NCBI GenBank assembly: GCA_048886185.1 | Contig: JBHLKY010000009.1 | Location: 183,130 to 215,129 of the forward strand | Length of the DNA: 32,000 nucleotides | Source: Candidatus Hermodarchaeota archaeon | GTDB lineage: Archaea; Asgardarchaeota; Heimdallarchaeia; Hodarchaeales; Hodarchaeaceae | Reading direction: 5' to 3' | Shown here: piece by piece, positions 28,256-32,000 of the stretch | Position numbering within the stretch: position 1 is the first letter of the stretch | Layout: each line of letters opens with the position of its first letter | Notes under the pieces: generated by a model | The model's input: only the letters and a program-made list of their open reading frames with translations | Database searches by the model: none | Told to the model about the DNA's origin: nothing | Translations under genes and position numbers: made by a program

Positions 28256-29508
28256 TACAATCCCCTTAATACTAGAACTGGTTCTATTTTTATAGCGTGT
28301 TTAACAGGCAACAATGAGGCCAATAATGCCACAAAAACTGAAATTCCAAGTATAACAGGTAACACCAACACCTGAGGTGTTACTGAAGAGTTAAATACAA
28401 GTAAACCTACAAATTGTGCACCAATAATTCCACACACAAATCCTAGAGTACCACCTAGAAGACCAATAATTGTTGATTCAGCTATAAATAGAGTGATAAT
28501 TCTACGATTTTCAGCACCAATACTTTTAACAAGGCCAATCTCTGTTCGTCTTTCTAGGATTGATGTTGTTAAGGTTGTACTCATTCCTAATGTTGTAGTT
28601 ATGAGAGCTACAATTGTGACGAAAGCCATCATCATCTCTATCTTTCCTAATACACTCATCTCAGTATTAGTCATTTGTAAAATCGTTTTCGCTTCAATAT
28701 AACTGATTTTTCCCTCAATTTCTTCTGCTATTGTCTCAATTGGACATGCAGTACACAACGCAGAGACTTGAACCGAATGGACCAAGTTTTCCCGTTGGGT
28801 TAGGTTTTGTGCCACAGGAAGAGAAACAAAAATGTGATTATCTTCAGTACCACCTGAAGTAATGATTCCAACAACCCTTAAACTTCTAGTGGTTTCTTGA
28901 CTAGTTTCCTTATAAGTAATTTCTATCTTGTCACCTAATTTAAGACTAATTTTTTCTGCAACAGTTTTTCCGATCATACAGTCAATTGTATTAGGAGTAT
29001 TGATCGTTTCAAGGTCTTTAATCCACTCTCCTTCGACTCTCCACCACCAACTATTGATTCTTCTAACTCCTGTTGTGAAAATTGTTTCTTTTTCCTCTAA
29101 AGTTGTGTTTTTCTCGAACCAAGTCCCAGTTAATACAACTCGTCGTTCCTCACTATTGAGTTCTCCCTTAACAGAAATCACTTGATATAAAAATGGAGCA
29201 TATCCTAAAACATTTCTAGACCAATTTATCGTTTTAATCTTGTAGATATCAGTTTCATTAATGTATTGCTGATCTGTTACTGAACTAAGACTGATATCAC
29301 CTATTCCCAACTGAATGGTGTCTGTTTTAGGAACAACAAGTAAATTTGCACCAAATTTCCTGAACTCAAGTCCAATTTTTTCATTGATGTCTAAAGATAC
29401 GTTAAGCATGGTAGAAGGTATACTTACACCCATGATTATAGCAATTGTGGATATAGTGACCTTTCCTTTCCGAGTGAGAATACTTTTCCTTAGAATTCTA
29501 AAAAACAT
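28255..29508 (-). CDS. ABC transporter permease (MacB/FtsX type)
   Basis: One N-terminal TM, a large extracytoplasmic domain, then three C-terminal TMs with ERRTEIGLVKSIGA and IEPVLVLR. 1-bp stop/start overlap with the ATPase. Confidence 0.92.
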   Translation of the reverse strand: MFFRILRKSILTRKGKVTISTIAIIMGVSIPSTMLNVSLDINEKIGLEFRKFGANLLVVPKTDTIQLGIGDISLSSVTDQQYINETDIYKIKTINWSRNVLGYAPFLYQVISVKGELNSEERRVVLTGTWFEKNTTLEEKETIFTTGVRRINSWWWRVEGEWIKDLETINTPNTIDCMIGKTVAEKISLKLGDKIEITYKETSQETTRSLRVVGIITSGGTEDNHIFVSLPVAQNLTQRENLVHSVQVSALCTACPIETIAEEIEGKISYIEAKTILQMTNTEMSVLGKIEMMMAFVTIVALITTTLGMSTTLTTSILERRTEIGLVKSIGAENRRIITLFIAESTIIGLLGGTLGFVCGIIGAQFVGLLVFNSSVTPQVLVLPVILGISVFVALLASLLPVKHAIKIEPVLVLRGL

Positions 29509-29671
29509 AACTAAAGCCTACCAGAAACGACCGAAATTTCTATTAGATTACTAAAAATATGTTCAAAATACAAAAGTTTACCAACTTATTACTATTATTA
29601 TTTATAAAATAGTTTTTATTCAAAAAATAAAATAGTTTACTATTTCATTTAAACTTCTAGGGAGGATAACT

Positions 29672-29872
29672 ATCATCAAAAATAGAATAGTTCGAATAAA
29701 ACAAGGCACTTCTTCTATACTTAAAGATGAGAGAATAATAGATACTTTCTTGAACGTTTTATTGAACGGAAAGCATGTAGTTTCTTACGTATGTTTACCT
29801 GGTAAATGAAGACCAGGCCACGATAGGTTATTATTCTCAACAAGAATCCTGAATTCTATAAACCAAATATAA
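29672..29872 (+). pseudogene. Decayed N-terminal fragment resembling FdhD (formate dehydrogenase accessory sulfurtransferase)
   Basis: SD GGGAGG (29660-29665), then ATC in place of ATG. Reads IIKNRIVRIKQG...DTFLNVLLNGKHVVSYVCLPGK*, with EDQATIG in a shifted frame and LLFSTRILNSINQI* further on. Similarity is by eye only. Confidence 0.4.
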
Positions 29873-29968
29873 AAATCTCTCGGTTGGGTTACAAGATCAA
29901 TACCTAAACTTAATAATATGAGAGACCTAATGAAGAGGTAAGTTCTCTTTCTTTTCTTAAATCCTGTT

Positions 29969-30643
29969 TTAATTCTTCTTTATTCTAAAAAAACAACACT
30001 CTGATCCCTCCATTATGCATTTTTCCTTAGTAAATCCTTTACCTACTAATTCAGCAATTAGTGTTTCAGTAATTTTACAGACTGAAGCTTCTTCTTTGAC
30101 AATATCAAAATACATGCAATTATAATTTTTCAAAATAAAGGAGTTTTCTTCCTCAATTAAGGCTGGAAAATTTCCATATTCTCGAAAAACTTCAATAATA
30201 GTCTCTAACTTTTGATGTTGAGATTTAAAATATTCTTCTCCTTTTAGATTAGTAATCATCTGCTGCATAAGTTTTTTGGCTTTTTTTCTACCTATTTCTT
30301 CAAGTATCTCAATAGTTATGTCCATTCCAAATCTATTCTTAATCTCATCAAGTAAATCTATACCAAATTCTGTATAGGCTTTAGGGAACGTATTTAATCC
30401 AGTTTCAGTGAGTGAATAAATCATAGCAGGTCGACCTGTTTTTCCCTGCTTTTCTGTATGAGTAATGAATTCCTCACTTTCTAGCATGTTTAAGTAGTGA
30501 CGCAGACCTGTAGTACTGAGTCCTAAAGCAATAGCAATTTCTTTTGAGCTACACCCTTCACCTGAAGATGAGCGATTAAGTAGTAAATATTGTAAAATTC
30601 TCTCACGTTTTGCAATGAAGCCTTTTTCCTCTGAATATGACAT
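29969..30643 (-). CDS. Winged-HTH transcriptional regulator with Cys-rich C-terminal domain (SufR/COG2345-like)
   Basis: HTH SSKEIAIALGLSTTGLRHYLNMLESE, GKTGRP and C-terminal NCMY...C...KCIMEGSECC. Start placed at ATG 30643 (SD GGAG); the ORF is open from 30709. Confidence 0.85.
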   Translation of the reverse strand: MSYSEEKGFIAKRERILQYLLLNRSSSGEGCSSKEIAIALGLSTTGLRHYLNMLESEEFITHTEKQGKTGRPAMIYSLTETGLNTFPKAYTEFGIDLLDEIKNRFGMDITIEILEEIGRKKAKKLMQQMITNLKGEEYFKSQHQKLETIIEVFREYGNFPALIEEENSFILKNYNCMYFDIVKEEASVCKITETLIAELVGKGFTKEKCIMEGSECCFFRIKKN

Positions 30644-30958
30644 TACTAATCTCCTATTAATAATAAAATCAGTTTTTATCTGTTGACATGTCAGATAATT
30701 AAGTTCCAAAATGTAGCTATATTTGTTTGTTATTCCAAAAAAAACTAATTTTATAAAAATAAGAGATTATAAAAAACATACCTTATCAATTAAATATATC
30801 TTTCAACTCAAATAAATTTGGCTGAGGATTAAATTAGGATCTAGGACTTCCATAGAAGTTCCAATTTCTTGTTGATGAAAGTGGATCATTGTAGGTATTA
30901 GGGATAAAAAGTGGATGGATTAAGAGAAAAAAAGGAAATAAAGGAGATATGAAGGAAC

Positions 30959-31354
30959 CTATCCTTCTTGAGAACAAAAATCATCATATTCTTCTGGTGT
31001 CATGAGCTTAGCTAATTCTGCATTGATATTGGATGGTTTAATTCGTAGTAACCATGTACCATATGGATCCTCATTAAGCATCTCTGGAGAATCTTCCACA
31101 TCCTCATTAACCTCAACGACCTCTCCAGAGATAGGGCTGTATATATCAGAAACAGCTTTTACACTCTCAACAGAACCATAAACTTCTCCAAATGTTACAG
31201 TATCACCGATTTCTGGAAGTTCCACAAAAACAATATCTTTAAGCGCCTTTTGGGCGTAATCAGTTATTCCAATTAAACATGTACCATCTTCCTCCACTCT
31301 AATCCAATCATGTTCCTTGAAATACTTTGCATTGCTATCCAATTCATAAGACAT
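30959..31354 (-). CDS. gcvH: Glycine cleavage system H protein
   Basis: HDWIR, GITDYAQKALKDIVFVELP, lipoyl-Lys motif VESVKAVSDIYSP and NEDPYGTWL. Start at ATG 31354 (SD AAGGAG). Confidence 0.96.
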   Translation of the reverse strand: MSYELDSNAKYFKEHDWIRVEEDGTCLIGITDYAQKALKDIVFVELPEIGDTVTFGEVYGSVESVKAVSDIYSPISGEVVEVNEDVEDSPEMLNEDPYGTWLLRIKPSNINAELAKLMTPEEYDDFCSQEG

Positions 31355-31830
31355 CTTGAGCGACTCCTTTATCAAGAATAAGCTTGCGTAGAAAGATTAT
31401 TTCTTTTTCCTTTAATGGATTATTACATCATGATTATTACATTAAAGAGATTCATGAATAAAATCATTGATTAAATCCTCATATATTCAGGTTTTAGCAG
31501 CGTTAATATCTTTGAAGGGTAATTCCAAGACTTATTATGGATTTTTCAGTAATTAATTTTGATTTTAATATTCTTCAGATTTTAGGACTTTTTTTTTTAG
31601 ATAAATAATGAAACGCAAGTTAATCAGCTTAATATAATTGATATATTTTTCTGCTTACTTTCTAAAAATTGGGGTGGAAGAAGAAAGAAAAGCATTAAAA
31701 ACCATTGATTTTGCAAGTTTTTCAGTGTCTCTTCTCAAAAATTCAATGTAAGAGATACTAAACACTATTACTACTCATAATACATTAACACGAGCTCAAA
31801 AACGAGAATAACAAAGGATGTATAAATAAC

Positions 31831-32000
31831 ATGGATATAATAGTATTTGTTAAGGCAACGATAGATCGAAATGCTCCCCTTTCCCCGGATACAACCTTCC
31901 CCGGGGATCGTGATGACAAAGCGGACGTTATGACGAATAATTATGATAAGCATGCCATTGAAGCCGCTCTTCAAATTGTAGAAAAGACGGGTGCTGGTAA
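31831..32000 (+). CDS. etfB: Electron transfer flavoprotein beta subunit (5' part, runs off the window)
   Basis: Not in the ORF track. My translation: MDIIVFVKATIDRNAPLSPDTTFPGDRDDKADVMTNNYDKHAIEAALQIVEKTGAG, matching the EtfB/FixA pattern M.IIV.VK...N.YD..A.E.AL. Confidence 0.8.
   Translation, partial: MDIIVFVKATIDRNAPLSPDTTFPGDRDDKADVMTNNYDKHAIEAALQIVEKTGAG

Noticed and set aside
29807-29809. In-frame TGA in the FdhD-like relic as selenocysteine
   Set aside because: It does not align to a Cys position, the similarity continues in a shifted frame, another stop follows, and the start codon is missing.
31589-31598. T10 tract between the divergent gcvH and etfB genes
   Set aside because: Intergenic homopolymer in very AT-rich DNA, with no evidence for phase variation or another function.
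809-31974. Short ORFs nested in or antisense to long genes (e.g. 809-997, 2362-2559, 5200-5511, 8997-9302, 15254-15595, 21692-22030, 27068-27340, 31771-31974)
   Set aside because: They overlap well-supported genes, lack recognisable motifs and are typical shadow ORFs. 31771-31974 lies antisense to the etfB start.
1-32000. CRISPR arrays, tRNA/rRNA genes, IS elements or integrases
   Set aside because: By eye I found no regularly spaced repeats, cloverleaf or GC-rich structural RNA blocks, transposase or integrase motifs, or terminal inverted repeats. A covariance-model scan was not possible.

Overview
AT-rich, gene-dense archaeal-type chromosomal window. It is probably from an Asgard archaeon (Heimdallarchaeia-like). 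This is an inference from a decayed Rab/Ras-like small GTPase, an archaeal DRG/TGS GTPase, a VPGF-TM-basic C-terminal motif and a zinc-ribbon-tailed membrane protein; no marker gene is present. Contents: a tetrahydrofolate C1 operon (ftcD, cyclodeaminase/FchA-like, folD), an orphan DNA methyltransferase, SDR, MBL-fold and GNAT enzymes, a P2A Ca2+-type ATPase followed by an M48 protease, a minus-strand cluster (helical protein, long coiled-coil/wHTH protein, MoxR AAA+, VWA), hypF, a MacB-type ABC/DUF2318 module, a SufR-like regulator, gcvH and the start of etfB. I saw no rRNA, tRNA, CRISPR array or transposase. The standout signal is at 20580-20614 (minus strand). The MoxR ORF ends in an in-frame A_AAA_AAA heptamer, followed after 6 nt by a GC-rich hairpin. 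The downstream VWA gene lies in the -1 frame and is stop-free across this site. This is the layout of a programmed -1 ribosomal frameshift that would give both a 284-aa MoxR and a ~625-aa MoxR-VWA fusion. Other observations: a FolD lacking both cyclohydrolase residues next to an FchA-like gene, an EF-hand-like loop in the M48 protease, NadE-like and Rab-like pseudoenzymes, and several small gene remnants.
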